From the NCBI GenBank assembly GCA_018221205.1, contig JAAOYF010000027.1, forward strand, positions 1-61,087: a stretch of 61,087 nucleotides of DNA, in the 5' to 3' direction. Of the stretch, positions 26,969 through 36,853 are shown piece by piece. The position numbers and the translations under genes are program-made. The DNA is from Candidatus Woesearchaeota archaeon. Its GTDB lineage: Archaea > Nanobdellota > Nanobdellia > Woesearchaeales > WJIZ01. Position 1 is the stretch's first letter, and the number at the start of each line of letters is the position of its first letter. The notes below the pieces were generated by a model, which saw only the letters and a list, made by a program, of their open reading frames with translations, searched no databases and was not told the DNA's origin.

Positions 26969-28249
26969 ATGGAAAAAAAGAGCCCATTCATCTTCTTTGC
27001 TTTAGTTCTCCTATTCTTTATTCCGGCCCTGAACTTCATCAATTTCGATACAGCAAGTGCTGTTGTGTTTTTGCTTGTCATTCTCTATCTTATTGTCAGG
27101 AACAGAAAGATTCTGGTGTTCCAACAGATGCTGCATATAGGAAAGATTCCATTAATCTATGCTGTGTTGTGGAAAACGAAATTTGGCATCAAGTTCATGG
27201 AGAAATTCGCAAAGAAATATCGGGAATTAGTCAAATTATTCGGATATAGTTTTGTCGGATTTGGTTTTTTCGGAATGATCTTTATCTCTGTCAATATCCT
27301 GATCATGCTTGTCAGATTGTTCATTGCTCCGAAAGCTGCAAGCGAAGGTGTTGCTTTAGTATTGCCCCTTACGAATATCCCTGGATTAGGATTCTTATCG
27401 TTCTGGCATTTCCTGATTACCATCTTTATCACTGTGTTAATCCATGAGTTTGCCCATGGCATTGTCGCTCGAGCACATAATGTTCCTGTCAAGTCATCTG
27501 GATTAGGTATTTTCGGTATCGTGCTGCCTATCTTCCCTCTTGCTTTTGTCGAGCCTGAAGAGAAGAAATTAGTGAAGGAACAGGATATTGTCCAGTATTC
27601 TATCTTTGCTGCTGGGCCGATGGTCAACATCATATTTGCAGCCTTGATACTATTGCTCACGCTTTATGTCATTGTACCGATCGAGAATAACATCACTCAT
27701 CCTATCGGCTTTTCCTATAATGGTGTGGCAGAAGATTTTCCTGCGCAGACAGCAGGAATGGAACCAGGGATGATCATCAATACAGTCAATGGAGTCGAGG
27801 TCCTGACCTATCAAGATTTCTCTTCAGAGATCGGAGAATTGAGGCCTGGAGAGGAAGTGACTCTCGGAACGTTGAACGGAACATTCACGATCATTACAAA
27901 AGCCGCTACAGATGATCCTGAACGGGGAATGATCGGCATACTAGATATCCGTAATGAAGTAAGATTGAAAGAGCGATTCGAAACATACGGTCCTGTGTAT
28001 TTCTGGATTCGAGGATTGCTCAAATGGCTCTATTTCATCAATCTCATCATCGGCCTGATGAACTTATTGCCTTTGCTTGTCACCGATGGCGGAAGGATGC
28101 TGAAGCTTGCTCTGGACAAGATCATCGTCAATAAAAAGAAATCAGCAAAAGTGTGGATGTTTATCGGCGCCTTGTTTATCTTTACGTTAATCGGAGCGTT
28201 ATTGGTAAAATATGGACTGAGTTTCTTTGCGTTTATAGGAATGGGTTAA
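26969..28249 (+). CDS. Site-2 protease family (M50) membrane metalloprotease with PDZ-like insert
   Basis: 426-aa polytopic ORF with HEFAHG (HExxH), a central soluble PDZ-like region and a NLLPLLVTDGGRM motif. Confidence 0.8.
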   Translation: MEKKSPFIFFALVLLFFIPALNFINFDTASAVVFLLVILYLIVRNRKILVFQQMLHIGKIPLIYAVLWKTKFGIKFMEKFAKKYRELVKLFGYSFVGFGFFGMIFISVNILIMLVRLFIAPKAASEGVALVLPLTNIPGLGFLSFWHFLITIFITVLIHEFAHGIVARAHNVPVKSSGLGIFGIVLPIFPLAFVEPEEKKLVKEQDIVQYSIFAAGPMVNIIFAALILLLTLYVIVPIENNITHPIGFSYNGVAEDFPAQTAGMEPGMIINTVNGVEVLTYQDFSSEIGELRPGEEVTLGTLNGTFTIITKAATDDPERGMIGILDIRNEVRLKERFETYGPVYFWIRGLLKWLYFINLIIGLMNLLPLLVTDGGRMLKLALDKIIVNKKKSAKVWMFIGALFIFTLIGALLVKYGLSFFAFIGMG

Positions 28250-28560
28250 GTCTTCTTATCGAAATAGGCCTTGACTTCAGCTTTTATTGCAGGATTCGCT
28301 TTTGAGCCTAATGCATAATATGTTTTTGTGACGACATTACCCCAGGAATAGTCTCCTTGCTCTTTCTTCACTTCGGCTATCTTGAATTCTTCTAAATCCG
28401 CCCCTTTTTTGAGGTGGTAATAGATTGACCTCATGGTCACGGCAGGAAAGATGTCTCGATATGTCTTATAGATGCCGTATCCATAGCCTTTTCCCATGAA
28501 GTGGAGAATCTCTATGATGTTCTGTCTTATCCCTGATTTTACTGGTCGTCCGCGAGGCAT
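28246..28560 (-). CDS. PadR-like winged-helix transcriptional regulator
   Basis: 104-aa ORF. IIEILHFMGKGYGYGIYKTYRDIF...SIYYHLKKG resembles the PadR/wHTH family. Confidence 0.5.
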   Translation of the reverse strand: MPRGRPVKSGIRQNIIEILHFMGKGYGYGIYKTYRDIFPAVTMRSIYYHLKKGADLEEFKIAEVKKEQGDYSWGNVVTKTYYALGSKANPAIKAEVKAYFDKKT

Positions 28561-28599
28561 AATACTATAGTGGTTTTTGCAGTATATATAGTTTTTGTT

Positions 28600-28674
28600 A
28601 GTATTGAAAGAAAGTCACGGACTTTCTTTCAGACTTAGAAAATCTTCGATTTTCATAAGTATTGAAAAGAAGTC
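28600..28674. repeat. Imperfect 17-nt direct repeat flanking two perfect hairpins in a divergent promoter region
   Basis: AGTATTGAAAGAAAGTC (28600..28616) and AGTATTGAAAAGAAGTC (28658..28674). A 12-bp hairpin TGAAAGAAAGTC-ACG-GACTTTCTTTCA (28605..28631) and a 7-bp hairpin GAAAATC-TTC-GATTTTC (28638..28654). Confidence 0.8.
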
Positions 28675-28716
28675 CACATCGATATGTTTAAATAATCAGT
28701 ATCTTTCTATGTCTGT

Positions 28717-29301
28717 ATGGATATCAGAAAGATCCTTATCATCTTTGTTGTCGGTCTACTTTTTTCAGTGCTCGTCTTCTCTGTTATCGAAGCAGTGTAT
28801 CCACAGCCTGACTGGGATGATTTCTGCGAGGAGAAATTTCCTACTCCTGTCAGATTAGCTGACAGAGAGAAGATCGAATGTCCCGATTTAGAAGTGCCGA
28901 AATCAGACCAAGATTCTTGTAAAGAGAAAGAGGGAGATATCACGTTCAATTATGATGAGAATGGGTGCGCAACCAGTTTTGAATGCAGCACCTGCAGGCA
29001 TGAATATGATCAATCCCGAGAGAGATACAATCAAGTGGTGTTCTATGTCTCTGCTATCCTTGCTTTATTGGCTATTTTTATCGGACTGTTCCTTCCTGCC
29101 AAAGCAAATACCATGAATGAATGGATTGGCACTGGTTTCATGCTCGGCGGAGTCTTTGCTTTGTTCTTCGGCACAATCAGGAGTTTTGGCGACTTAGGAA
29201 GATTTGTCAGGCCTATCGTCATCTTCATCGAACTTGTCTTGGTCATCTATATTTCATATAGAAAAGTAGGCAACTTACGAAAAGACAAAAAGCGTAAATA
29301 G
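28717..29301 (+). CDS. Membrane protein with Cys-containing extracellular loop
   Basis: 194-aa ORF with an N-terminal TM helix, a soluble segment carrying 6 Cys, then three TM helices and a basic tail. Confidence 0.45.
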   Translation: MDIRKILIIFVVGLLFSVLVFSVIEAVYPQPDWDDFCEEKFPTPVRLADREKIECPDLEVPKSDQDSCKEKEGDITFNYDENGCATSFECSTCRHEYDQSRERYNQVVFYVSAILALLAIFIGLFLPAKANTMNEWIGTGFMLGGVFALFFGTIRSFGDLGRFVRPIVIFIELVLVIYISYRKVGNLRKDKKRK

Positions 29302-29332
29302 GTTTTTATATTCTGAAACAATTTTATTTCTT

Positions 29333-30256
29333 ATGAAACTCTTCCTGCTCTCAAAAGAAAATATAGGCATGGCAAAGGCAGAGGTAGAGAGCATTGCCGG
29401 AAAAGGAACATCAGACGGAAACTTTTTCCTCACTCGTTCATCTGCAACTCAGTTAGGCTATACACGGAAAGTCTTTGATGTCCTCTTTGGCTGTACCAAG
29501 AAGGAACTTCTGAAGAAGATGGAAACATATCCTTGGGATAAAGTCTATAAAAAGAATTTTTCTTTACGGATCCATGGCAAGCTAGCCTATACTGAGAAGG
29601 CATTGGCAGGGTATGTCTGGCGGAAAGTCAAGAGGCCTAAAGTCAATCTAGAGAATGCGGCTACCCAGATAGAATTATTGGTCGGGAAGAAAATCTATGC
29701 CTGTTTGCTTGAGCAAAGCATCGAAGAGGATTTCCATGCGAGAAAAGCGCATAACCGTCCTGCATTGCATCCAAGCTCAATGGATCCTAAATTAGCACGG
29801 GTGATGATCAATCTTACCGGCATCAAAAAAGGGTTGATTACAGACCCGTTCTGCGGTTCAGGCGGACTGCTTATCGAAGCTGGTTTGATGGGGCTGTTTC
29901 CTGTCGGATTTGATATCGACAGAAAAATGCTGGATAGGGCAAAGACCAATCTTAATCATTATGGCATCAAGAAGTATAGCCTTCATCTGAAAGACGCTCT
30001 TGAACTTGCTAAAGTAGATTATGTCGTCACCGATCTTCCTTACGGCAGGAATACGAAATTGAATAAAGATTTGTATAAAAAATTCATCCAGAGACTTTCG
30101 AAAAATCTGAGAAAGAAAGCTGTTATCGGCCTTCCAGTCTTAGGGAAAGAGAGATATCTGCCCTTATTCAAGAAATATGGGTTAAAAATTATTCATTCTT
30201 TTGATATTTATATCCATAAGTCGCTTTCAAAGAAAATATTTGTCCTCAGTACTTGA
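29333..30256 (+). CDS. THUMP-domain tRNA (guanine-N2)-methyltransferase (Trm11/Trm-G10-like)
   Basis: 307-aa ORF with SAM motif I DPFCGSGGLLIEAG and motif IV VTDLPYG. Confidence 0.75.
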   Translation: MKLFLLSKENIGMAKAEVESIAGKGTSDGNFFLTRSSATQLGYTRKVFDVLFGCTKKELLKKMETYPWDKVYKKNFSLRIHGKLAYTEKALAGYVWRKVKRPKVNLENAATQIELLVGKKIYACLLEQSIEEDFHARKAHNRPALHPSSMDPKLARVMINLTGIKKGLITDPFCGSGGLLIEAGLMGLFPVGFDIDRKMLDRAKTNLNHYGIKKYSLHLKDALELAKVDYVVTDLPYGRNTKLNKDLYKKFIQRLSKNLRKKAVIGLPVLGKERYLPLFKKYGLKIIHSFDIYIHKSLSKKIFVLST

Positions 30257-30500
30257 TCTTCACTGTTCCAGAATTGATCTTGCACTGGCAAGCCAGCCTT
30301 GTATTGCCTTCAACACCCATATCTTTCTCTTCCTGCGTTGGTTGGGAGAGATTTTCCATACCTTCTTCGATCTCAATCATACAAGTTCCACATAATCCAT
30401 CTTCACAGCCAAAGACCACTCCTAAATCTTTGCATGCATCTTTTATTTCTGCACCATCTTCAAGAGTGACTTCTTTGTTATCGTCTTTAATGATTGCCAT
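30246..30500 (-). CDS. 2Fe-2S ferredoxin
   Basis: Start set at MAIIKDDNKEV. Cys ligand pattern CEDGLCGTCMIEI...ACQC. Confidence 0.7.
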   Translation of the reverse strand: MAIIKDDNKEVTLEDGAEIKDACKDLGVVFGCEDGLCGTCMIEIEEGMENLSQPTQEEKDMGVEGNTRLACQCKINSGTVKIKY

Positions 30501-30594
30501 GTTTCGCAGAGGAGCTGAGAGATTTATAAGCTTTGCTAAACACAAGATTTATATACGCTCCGTGGCGAATTTAATTAAAAAAGAGGGGATATGA

Positions 30595-31656
30595 TTGAAC
30601 ATTGACGTGCCCTACACTAGTTTTCTTGATATAGATGGAAATCTCAAAGAAGGAGCTCCTCAGTTGAGCCATGATGACCTGAAGACGATCTATTGGCACA
30701 TGAATTTAGGAAGAATCTGCAATGCTAAGATCTTGAGCATGCAGAAGCAAGGAAGAATCGGGACCTATGCCTCTACACTTGGCCAGGAAGGCTGCCAAGC
30801 AGCTTTGGCCCATGCAATCAAAGATAATGATAACATATGGTTAGTGCCTTCTTTTAGAGAATCGGTCGCGACTATCGCTCGCGGCTATCCCATGGAGCAA
30901 CTGATGAGGTATTGGGGAGGCTTTGAGATCGGCAGCAATCAAACTCGAGAGTTTAAAGTCATGCCAGTTAACATTCCTATCGCTTCTCAATTGAATCATG
31001 CAGCAGGCATCGCTATCTCTATGAAATTCAAAGGAGAAAAGGGAGCTGCTATCGGATTTGTAGGAGATGGTGGTACGAGCGAAGGAGAATTCGCAGAAGC
31101 GATGAACTTTGTCGGAGAGTTCAAAGCGCCGGCAGTGTTTGTGTGCCAGAATAATCAATATGCTATCTCGGTTCCTCGAAAAAAACAGACTGCTGCTTCC
31201 ACCATCGCGCAGAAAGCAACTGCATTCGGTTTTGAAGGAGTGCAAGTTGATGGTAATGATGTCTTTGCTTGCTATAAGATCATCAAAGATGCAATCGAGA
31301 AAGCGATGAATGGAGGAGGGCCTACTTTTGTCGAAGCTATCACCTATCGTCTTGATAATCATACTACTGCAGATGATTGGCATAAGTATCGTACAGAAGA
31401 AGAAGTGAATGAATGGAAGAAGAAAGACCCTATTGAGAGATTGAAGAAGCATATGATGCAGATTGGTTGCTGGGACGACCAACATGAACAGCATATGTTA
31501 GAAGATGCGAAGAAAAAAGTAGAAGAAGCTGCAAAAGCATATGAAGGAACTCCCAAACCGAAAGTTGAAGAAATCTTTGATCATCTTTATGCAAAACTGC
31601 CTTATCATATCCAAGAGCAAAAGGATCACTTTGTGAAATTCTGGGGTGGACAATGA
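30595..31656 (+). CDS. 2-oxoacid dehydrogenase E1 component, alpha subunit (TTG start)
   Basis: 353-aa ORF with the TPP-binding motif GDGGTSEGEFAEAMNF...NNQYAIS. A GAGGGG ribosome-binding site precedes the TTG start. Confidence 0.85.
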   Translation: MNIDVPYTSFLDIDGNLKEGAPQLSHDDLKTIYWHMNLGRICNAKILSMQKQGRIGTYASTLGQEGCQAALAHAIKDNDNIWLVPSFRESVATIARGYPMEQLMRYWGGFEIGSNQTREFKVMPVNIPIASQLNHAAGIAISMKFKGEKGAAIGFVGDGGTSEGEFAEAMNFVGEFKAPAVFVCQNNQYAISVPRKKQTAASTIAQKATAFGFEGVQVDGNDVFACYKIIKDAIEKAMNGGGPTFVEAITYRLDNHTTADDWHKYRTEEEVNEWKKKDPIERLKKHMMQIGCWDDQHEQHMLEDAKKKVEEAAKAYEGTPKPKVEEIFDHLYAKLPYHIQEQKDHFVKFWGGQ

Positions 31657-32621
31657 CTGAACGCAACATGGTACAGGCATTGAACAATGCTTTTTTTATT
31701 GCTATGGAAAGAGATCCTACTGTCATCACCTATGGAGAAGATGTAGGGGTTGATGGCGGAGTCTTTCGCGTCACTGATGGTCTGCAGGCCAAATTTGGCG
31801 ATCAAAGAAGTTTTGACAGTCCATTAGCAGAGGCAGGCATCGTCGGATCTGCTATAGGTATGGCAGTCAATGGATTGAAGCCGGTTGTGGAGATGCAATT
31901 TAGTGGATTCATCTATCCAGCGTTCCAGCAGATTGTGAGCCATGCTGCCCGACTGAGAAATCGTACCCGAGGAGATATCACTATTCCTTTAGTCATCAGA
32001 AGCCCGTATGGAGGAGGAATCAATGCACTGGAACATCATTCAGAAAGCCTTGAAGCACTCTATGTCCATATTCCTGGATTGAAAGTGGTCATCCCTTCCA
32101 GTCCTTATGATGCTAAGGGATTATTGATTGCAGCTATAGAAGATCCTGATCCGGTGTTATTTCTGGAACCTAAGAGATTATATCGAGCAGTGAAGCAGGA
32201 AGTGCCTGATGATTACTATACTATTCCACTCGGCCAGGCCAAGGTCATGAAAGAGGGGAAAGATATCACTATCATCGCCTGGGGAGGGATGGTCCCTGTT
32301 GCAGAAGATGCTATTTCACAAGTGAAGGCAGAATGTGAGCTCATCGATCTGCGGACGATCGATCCGTGGGACAAGAAAACGATCATCGACAGCGTCAAGA
32401 AGACTGGAAAGTGTATCATCATCCATGAAGCGACCAAGACAGGTGGATTCGGCGCTGAGATCGCTGCGACGCTGCAGGAAGAATGCATCTTCAACCTCGA
32501 TGCTCCTGTCGCTCGAGTAACTGCTCCTGATGTCATCGTCCCTTATTTCAAGGCTGAACATTATTACCGGCCAAATGCAGACATGCTGGTCAAAAAAATC
32601 AATGAACTGCTTAACTTTTAG
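31653..32621 (+). CDS. 2-oxoacid dehydrogenase E1 component, beta subunit
   Basis: 322-aa ORF with transketolase-like pyrimidine-binding and C-terminal domains (GEDVG..GGVFRVT, FDSPLAEAGIVG). It overlaps E1 alpha. Confidence 0.85.
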   Translation: MTERNMVQALNNAFFIAMERDPTVITYGEDVGVDGGVFRVTDGLQAKFGDQRSFDSPLAEAGIVGSAIGMAVNGLKPVVEMQFSGFIYPAFQQIVSHAARLRNRTRGDITIPLVIRSPYGGGINALEHHSESLEALYVHIPGLKVVIPSSPYDAKGLLIAAIEDPDPVLFLEPKRLYRAVKQEVPDDYYTIPLGQAKVMKEGKDITIIAWGGMVPVAEDAISQVKAECELIDLRTIDPWDKKTIIDSVKKTGKCIIIHEATKTGGFGAEIAATLQEECIFNLDAPVARVTAPDVIVPYFKAEHYYRPNADMLVKKINELLNF

Positions 32622-34097
32622 ATGGCATTTGAATTCAAATTTCCGGACGTAGCAGAAGGTCTTGTTGAAGGTAAACTTGTTTCTTGGAAAGTCAAAGAAG
32701 GTGATAAGGTAAAGGCAGATGATACCATCTGCGAGATGGAGACAGACAAAAGCGTCTTAGACATCCCTATCCCTCAAGCCGGTACGGTCACGACACTGCA
32801 CCATAAAGCAGGAGATACAGTCAAAGTCGGAGATGTTTTGATCACCTTGGATGGTGATGGTGCTGGAAAAAAAGAGGAACCTGCAAAACCCGTCGAGAAA
32901 GCTGAAGTAAAGCAGGAAGTTCCACCAACGCAGCAAGTTCAACAAGAAATCCCACCTACCCAACCCCCTCCGCCGCCTGCGCAACCTGCTCAGGCACCTA
33001 AGGGAGAAATCAAAATCCTTCCTAAAGAAAAGAAATTGGCCAAAGAGATGGGTGTTGATTATTCTCATATTGCTGGAACAGGGCCGCAAGGAAGGATAAC
33101 CTCTGATGATATCAAGGCTGCTGCTGGAAAAGCTCCTGCGCCTGCTCGGCAAACACCTACTCAAATACCAGCACCGCAAAAGGAGATTAAAGAAGGTTTT
33201 CACCCTCATATCGATCAGGAGCATCCTTGTCATGCCTCTCCGGCGATGCGGAAGCATGCACGAGAACAAGGCATTCCTGTGGAACAGTTGACTGCTTCAG
33301 CTGCTCCATCCCACCCAAGTGCATCTCCACAGACCGTCCCACCCCCTCCTCCACCAGCAGTACATAAAGAAGCAATATCTATTAAGGATCGTGAAGGAGA
33401 CTCACGCGTCAAGATTGAAGGCATTAGACAGGCAATTTATAGGAAAATGTCTACATCATGGCAGCATATCCCTCATAGTTCCATCATGATCGAGGTTCCT
33501 ATCGATAAATTAGTTGAGGAACGAAATAAAGTCAAGGAAGAGATGAAGCAGAAGGGGATTAAACTCACTTATCTTGCCTATATCGCTAAAGTCACTGCTG
33601 TCGCACTTGAAAAATTCCCGAAAGTCAATTCTACTATTGATGAATCTACGAATGAACAAGTCTTACGTAGCCAAATCAATGTCGGCATAGCTGTCGATAC
33701 TGAAAATGGATTGATCGTTCCTAATATCAAGGAGACGAATAGGAAATCAATAACAGATATCGCTCAAGAGATCCAGGAATTGGCTGATAAAGCGCGTGCG
33801 AGGAAATTAAGCCCTAAAGAAATCACAGGTGGAACGTTTACGATTACAAATTTAGGAAGTTTCAATGCTCTCACTGGCCTTACTCTTATCAATCATCCAG
33901 AGGTTGCGATACTTGGAGTCGGAAGAATGTTTTCTAAAGTTGAGCTGCAGGATGGCAAGCCAGTTGAGAAGAAGATCCTTCCTCTGACAATCACCATAGA
34001 CCATAGAATTCTAGACGGTGCAGACAGCGGTAGATTTTTAAAGTACCTTGCAGACCATTTGAGCAATCCTTCATTGATGATATTGGATGTGATATAA
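32622..34097 (+). CDS. Dihydrolipoamide acyltransferase (E2)
   Basis: 491-aa ORF with a lipoyl domain (CEMETDKSV), P/Q/A-rich linkers, a subunit-binding domain (GTGPQGRITSDDI) and the catalytic motif TIDHRILDGA. Confidence 0.85.
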   Translation: MAFEFKFPDVAEGLVEGKLVSWKVKEGDKVKADDTICEMETDKSVLDIPIPQAGTVTTLHHKAGDTVKVGDVLITLDGDGAGKKEEPAKPVEKAEVKQEVPPTQQVQQEIPPTQPPPPPAQPAQAPKGEIKILPKEKKLAKEMGVDYSHIAGTGPQGRITSDDIKAAAGKAPAPARQTPTQIPAPQKEIKEGFHPHIDQEHPCHASPAMRKHAREQGIPVEQLTASAAPSHPSASPQTVPPPPPPAVHKEAISIKDREGDSRVKIEGIRQAIYRKMSTSWQHIPHSSIMIEVPIDKLVEERNKVKEEMKQKGIKLTYLAYIAKVTAVALEKFPKVNSTIDESTNEQVLRSQINVGIAVDTENGLIVPNIKETNRKSITDIAQEIQELADKARARKLSPKEITGGTFTITNLGSFNALTGLTLINHPEVAILGVGRMFSKVELQDGKPVEKKILPLTITIDHRILDGADSGRFLKYLADHLSNPSLMILDVI

Positions 34098-35515
34098 TGG
34101 TTATCGGAGAAGCAATAGGTTCGACTGATGTAGCTATCATAGGTGGTGGACCAGGCGGCTATACTGCTGCTATCAAATGTGCCCAAGAAGGAAAGAAAGT
34201 TACTGTTGTTGATAGGGAGAGTGTCGGTGGCATATGCTTGCATCATGGCTGTATCCCTACGAAAGCGTTGATCCATGCTGCTGATATGGTGCAGGAAAGC
34301 AAGAAGGCAGCTGAGTATGGTGTTTCTTTTTCTGGAATTTCAGTTGATTTCAAGAAGACACAAGAATGGAAACGAAATATCATCAAGAAATTAGATAATG
34401 GTGTCCGAGGATTGTTCAAGCATTATGGCATCACGCTGCTGAAAGCAGAGGCTTTTTTTGAGGAATCAAATAAATTATCATTACATCCTCTTGATGAGAA
34501 TGAACATTTGGAGATCAATGCTCTTGAATTCAAGAAATGCATCATCGCTACTGGTTCTAGAGAGAGAATGATCCCTGGCATTGAAGTAGATGGAGAGTCT
34601 ATCCTTACTTCAACACATGCAATTGAATTAGAAACACTTCCTGAATCTGTTCTCGTCATCGGTGGAGGCTATATCGGCATTGAATTGAGCCAGATGATGG
34701 CTAAATTAGGAGTGAAAGTCACGATCGTCGAGGCTTTGCCTCGTATCTTAAATCTCTTGGATGAGGAATTCAGCTCTATAGTGCAAAAGAATGTCGAAGC
34801 ATTCGGCGGAACAGTGTTTGCTAGTGCGAAAGTAGAAAAGGTTGAGAAAAAAGATGGAAAAGTAAGCACGACTTTCAATAAAGACGGCAAATCACAGACT
34901 GTTGTCACTGATAAAGTCATTGTTGCTATAGGCAGAGTACCTAATGCTGAGCAATTACATCTTGATACTACTAAAGTTCAGCTTGATGAACATGGTTTCA
35001 TCAAGATAGATAAGAAGATGCAGACAACTGATCCCCGCATCTTTGCTATCGGTGATGTAGCTGGTGGAGCGATGCTGGCACATAAGGCAGCGTTTGAAGC
35101 AAAGATAGCTGCAGAAGTCATTGCTGGCAAGAGCAGTGCGTTTGATAATCTTGTTCCTTTTGCTATCTTCTCAGATCCTGAGATTGCAGGAGTAGGGTTG
35201 AATGAAACTCAGGCCAAAGAGCAGGGGTTAAGCTATAAGGTGAAAAAATTCAACTCATCTACTTCGGGAAAAAGCCAGATCATGGGGGATAAAGGATCGT
35301 TCTTCAAAGTGATTTATGAGGAGAATGGGACTATTCATGGTCTGCATATCTGTGGAGCGAGAGCTTCGGATATGATTGGAGAGGCTGTTTTAGCTATGGA
35401 GATGGGAGCTACTATAGAGGATCTTTCTTTGATCATCCATCCGCATCCTACACTTGTTGAAGGATATGGAGAATTAGCTGATCTGGCACTTGGAAAGCCG
35501 ACGAATTCTCTGTGA
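34097..35515 (+). CDS. lpdA: Dihydrolipoamide dehydrogenase (E3)
   Basis: 472-aa ORF with GGGPGGYTAAI, the redox disulfide GGICLHHGCIPTK and the C-terminal HPHPTL motif. Confidence 0.9.
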   Translation: MVIGEAIGSTDVAIIGGGPGGYTAAIKCAQEGKKVTVVDRESVGGICLHHGCIPTKALIHAADMVQESKKAAEYGVSFSGISVDFKKTQEWKRNIIKKLDNGVRGLFKHYGITLLKAEAFFEESNKLSLHPLDENEHLEINALEFKKCIIATGSRERMIPGIEVDGESILTSTHAIELETLPESVLVIGGGYIGIELSQMMAKLGVKVTIVEALPRILNLLDEEFSSIVQKNVEAFGGTVFASAKVEKVEKKDGKVSTTFNKDGKSQTVVTDKVIVAIGRVPNAEQLHLDTTKVQLDEHGFIKIDKKMQTTDPRIFAIGDVAGGAMLAHKAAFEAKIAAEVIAGKSSAFDNLVPFAIFSDPEIAGVGLNETQAKEQGLSYKVKKFNSSTSGKSQIMGDKGSFFKVIYEENGTIHGLHICGARASDMIGEAVLAMEMGATIEDLSLIIHPHPTLVEGYGELADLALGKPTNSL

Positions 35516-35652
35516 TTTTAGACTTATTCAAAAAACCCGTGGATTAGCATTTCCGCTCTCTCTAAGCTTCTTGAATAATCTGCCCATTGTATAGAAGTAA
35601 TTTATACGCTTTTCAAACAGGTGCATTTTTTGGGATAAAAAAGAGGTGAAAG

Positions 35653-35766
35653 TTATCCCGGACTAATGTCCAATTTCTTCTCTAATTCAGCAATAGCCAG
35701 TGTTGTCTTGATAATGGTGTCGGGGTTGAGGGACATGGTCTGGATGCCGCATTGGACAACGACAAG
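35653..35766 (-). pseudogene. Diverged duplicate of the last ~36 codons of ppsA (orphan 3' fragment)
   Basis: Hand translation gives LVVVQCGIQTMSLNPDTIIKTTLAIAELEKKLDISPG then a stop. The ppsA C-terminus reads EFVVQCGIGSMSLNPDTVIKTTLSVAKLEQKLGISPE then a stop. An in-frame TAG lies immediately upstream. Many synonymous differences occur at the nucleotide level. Confidence 0.8.
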
Positions 35767-36716
35767 CTAGAAACGAGATCATTCAGTTTTGCCTGCCGAT
35801 CCTTGTGAGCTCCAAAACCAATGAGATTGGCATATGTTCTGAGGTTTTCCTTGCCGCCGATATAGAGGCTTTCCATACGATATCTTGTGGTTCTTTTATG
35901 ATGCGTGTATGATATATTCAAGAAATTTAGCAGTTTCTTTACGAAATTGATTTCATCAGGATTCTTCATCTCCAGACGGACATATCTTGTTTTATTGTTG
36001 TATACTGTACCTTCTCCAGCCATAAGACCACGGAGATACGCGGCTGCACGTTGCGGATCATTCAAAGCAGCAGTTTTTACATAGTCTCTGAGAGCAAGGA
36101 AAAGATCGATGACAACAGCATTGTCGACACAAACTCTATATTTGGGGATTTTATTGTATTGTTGATATGAGATTCTTGTGTCATGAAACCGTTCATAGCT
36201 TCCCATGTAACCGATTGGCAAAATAACGTTTATGTAATAAGGAAGATCCGGAATGAATTTCCTGAGCCATCTAATATAAAACCTTATTACATCGATATTT
36301 GAATTAGTGAATCGGAGCTTTCTGGCTTTTTTAGTACCAGAATCTCCTGTGTCACCTTCAGCAATATAAAGACCATAACCTTCGACGAATAATTCTGTTA
36401 GTTTGATTTGTTTCGGTAAAGAAATCGGTTTGTTATGGCTTCCCCATGAATAGTAGCCGGTGATTTCGTCATAAACCTTATGTTTGTCTACACCAAGAAC
36501 CGAAGCAATTTTCAATAGCCTGATGAGATTATGGCCATAGTTCTTCTTGAAAGGCCAATTAAAGGTTTGGCTGTCGATTTTGATATATTGTTGATTGAAT
36601 TCTTCAATAGAGCCGGATTTAGAATTGATTTTAAATTTTAGTTTTTCAATAAAGCTACTGTTGACTGATACGAAAACCTTCTCGAGATTTGAAAGCAGGG
36701 CAGCTGTCTTATACAT
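35682..36716 (-). CDS. LAGLIDADG homing endonuclease (double-motif, free-standing)
   Basis: 344-aa ORF with two LAGLIDADG-type motifs (LFVEGYGLYIAEGDTG and AAYLRGLMAGEGTVY). Its last ~28 codons read through the ppsA 3' fragment in a different frame. Confidence 0.75.
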   Translation of the reverse strand: MYKTAALLSNLEKVFVSVNSSFIEKLKFKINSKSGSIEEFNQQYIKIDSQTFNWPFKKNYGHNLIRLLKIASVLGVDKHKVYDEITGYYSWGSHNKPISLPKQIKLTELFVEGYGLYIAEGDTGDSGTKKARKLRFTNSNIDVIRFYIRWLRKFIPDLPYYINVILPIGYMGSYERFHDTRISYQQYNKIPKYRVCVDNAVVIDLFLALRDYVKTAALNDPQRAAAYLRGLMAGEGTVYNNKTRYVRLEMKNPDEINFVKKLLNFLNISYTHHKRTTRYRMESLYIGGKENLRTYANLIGFGAHKDRQAKLNDLVSSLSLSNAASRPCPSTPTPLSRQHWLLLN

Positions 36717-36853
36717 ATGAAATCACCAAGCCCCCTAAGTAAAGCTCGCTTAAATGATTTCAGCAACTTGCGAAATCATAATTTACGAGCTGAACACTAG
36801 TTTGGGAGATTTCATATAAGATAAACTTTGCCCTCTAAAATCCGGAAGGTTTC

